Position numbers and translations under genes: made by a program. A stretch of DNA of 63,852 nt, filler included, from Cystobasidiomycetes sp. EMM_F5 (Eukaryota): assembly GCA_051047955.1 (NCBI GenBank). It is 12 parts of 12 records of this genome, joined end to end, with 100 filler letters (N's around TTAATTAATTAA, not from the genome) between each part and the next. Parts side by side here need not be neighbours in the genome. Positions count along the whole stretch, not along the records: positions 59,806 to 63,852 come from JBPGPT010000099.1; 11 more parts are not named here. One strand, written 5' to 3'. Under the pieces are notes generated by a model. It was given only the letters and a program-made list of their open reading frames with translations, had not been told where the DNA came from and did no database searches. How positions within the stretch are numbered: the first letter of the stretch is position 1; each line of letters opens with the position of its first letter. Shown here piece by piece: positions 62,254 to 63,852 of the stretch.

Positions 62254-62895
62254 TTACACAGGCGTGTCTGCTGCGGTGGTCTGTTGACTGCCGTTTACGA
62301 CAGCTCGCGCACCGCTATAGACTGCTCGAAGAATGTGGAGACGTGGCATGAGGTGCTGAAGGAAGTCCTCAGTCTTGATTGCACCCTCAGGCAGTATTAC
62401 ATCGGAACGTACTGGAAATGCCACATGTATTTGCATGCTGCCGCCAATCTCTTGAACGATGGCAAGATAGAAGACGACCGACCAGCCGCGTATCCCTTCA
62501 AGCATAAGTATGTCTTTTACGCTCTCTAGCGGGATGAAGACTGTCGAGCTGGATACGGGTATCTTGAACAGGGATCCCACAGCTATGTATTTCCTGTGCG
62601 ATAATTGGATTCCCAGGTATCGAATCGCGAGCAAAGTGTCTTGAGGGACATCTCTCGTCAGTGTGCAATCGGAGTGCGATGAGTGAGACCTTTCACCTTC
62701 TGTTTGCGTAGACATGGCCGTCAACCATGCACATGCGCTCAGCAGTAACAGCACCAGGAAGACAGCATGCCGAGTATTTTCCAACGAACTGAACCATGTA
62801 ATTGACTGTTTGCTATTGATTCTTGCCTTGAAACATACTTTCAATTCATTTGCGAGTCTCTTTCGCATCTGCAACCTCAACTCACAACTTGCCAA
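62254..62895 (-). CDS. GPI-GlcNAc transferase subunit PIG-H/Gpi15-like; start uncertain
   Basis: DTLLAIRYLGIQLS...FIPLESVKDILMLEGIRGWSVVFYLAIV...VAFP...LMPR pattern. Confidence 0.75.
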   Translation of the reverse strand: MASCELRLQMRKRLANELKVCFKARINSKQSITWFSSLENTRHAVFLVLLLLSACAWLTAMSTQTEGERSHSSHSDCTLTRDVPQDTLLAIRYLGIQLSHRKYIAVGSLFKIPVSSSTVFIPLESVKDILMLEGIRGWSVVFYLAIVQEIGGSMQIHVAFPVRSDVILPEGAIKTEDFLQHLMPRLHILRAVYSGARAVVNGSQQTTAADTPV

Positions 62896-63852
62896 TATCG
62901 AGCTGCGACTGCGACTACGAGGCCTAAGACACCGGCATATGTTGCGACCAAGATTTTGGACGGCGGCGCCGAGGACACAGTGAATGCTGCGACATCATGT
63001 GCTTGCTTTGCGATGTGCAGCCGTGGCCATTTCTGAGCAGCAGGCATTCATTGCGTTCGAGCAGAAAGTCGTCGACACAATATTTTCAGCAATATGTGCG
63101 ATGAACGACGAGAATATCGACCAGCTTTTCGCTCGGAGTTGGCTGCTCGGAGTTGGCTGAAGCCAAAACCGAACAATTAGAAGCGGTCATGGCTCGGTAT
63201 CCGATTGACCAATGCAGATGCAATGCTGATACTACACTGACTATGGACTCAGCGCAAGATATCGACACTGACAAGCGGACTGCCGCTTTCGCCGCGTGGT
63301 TGCAGGCCGTCCATCCAGACGACAGCTCGGAAGCTGCGGAAGCGTACTATGATTCAGACAAACTCAGACAGCTCGTCAATGGGATGTGAGGATTGTGACA
63401 TGATTGACGCACATAAAACATTGGGTAGAGGCTGATAGAACTGGACACGGCATTGTTCTAGAGACCCATCAATCCTGCACGAGCCTCACGTGTCAGGCAC
63501 TGACAACGCTGTCAGCGATATCCAACACATTTACAATGGCGTTCTAGCTGCATTCAGGTCGGCTTATGCATTTCGCCAGGCTCTTGGACTGACGTTTGGC
63601 TTCATTTAGGCAAGAATTGCGATTGAATACTTCTGCGCTCACTCCTGTGAACGTTGATGGCATCAACGACAAGACGGATGTATCAGCATTACTATCCTTA
63701 CTCAGTCTCATTCTTGCTCTGGCAGTGATGCTCCCTACTTCGGTGGGCAACGGCTTGTTTATTGTTTGATAGGTTGCAAAAAACAACGTATCGGATTATT
63801 GTAAACAGGTTTGCTGCCGTAAGGGCGACGCAAGAGCGTTGTCTAGATGTAC

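Noticed and set aside
62939..63852. Possible further gene at the window end
   Set aside because: Only short ORFs with no recognisable motif; cannot be supported.

Overview
This window is not one locus. It is 12 short contigs joined by artificial 100-nt N/TTAATTAATTAA/N spacers, and the 10 complete contigs run in strictly decreasing length (6286 to 4418 nt), so adjacency across spacers means nothing. The source is a basidiomycete fungus, probably a Pucciniomycotina/Cystobasidiomycetes-like yeast (inferred from rDNA and intron-rich genes). Contents: (i) intron-rich nuclear genes, including a nitrilase 3' end, Zn2Cys6 and C2H2 transcription factors, three MFS transporters, an FMO/BVMO start, an ETR1-like reductase, a SnoaL-like protein, a fasciclin, an alpha/beta hydrolase, polyubiquitin, a CaMK and a PIG-H-like gene; (ii) two mitochondrial contigs (trnM, rps3, rnl 5' end; atp8, atp6, trnV, cox2; TGA=Trp) full of nested palindromes; (iii) most of a nuclear rDNA unit with a linked 5S gene; (iv) several chromodomain Ty3/gypsy retrotransposons. 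The strongest non-obvious signals are in the retroelements: a GGAAAAC -1 frameshift site with a co-varying H-type pseudoknot in three copies, Tf1-type self-priming PBSs complementary to the LTR R start, and one element with two separate clusters of perfect heat-shock elements (one in U3, one just upstream of gag) that suggest a second internal stress promoter. Exon boundaries were read by eye and are approximate.
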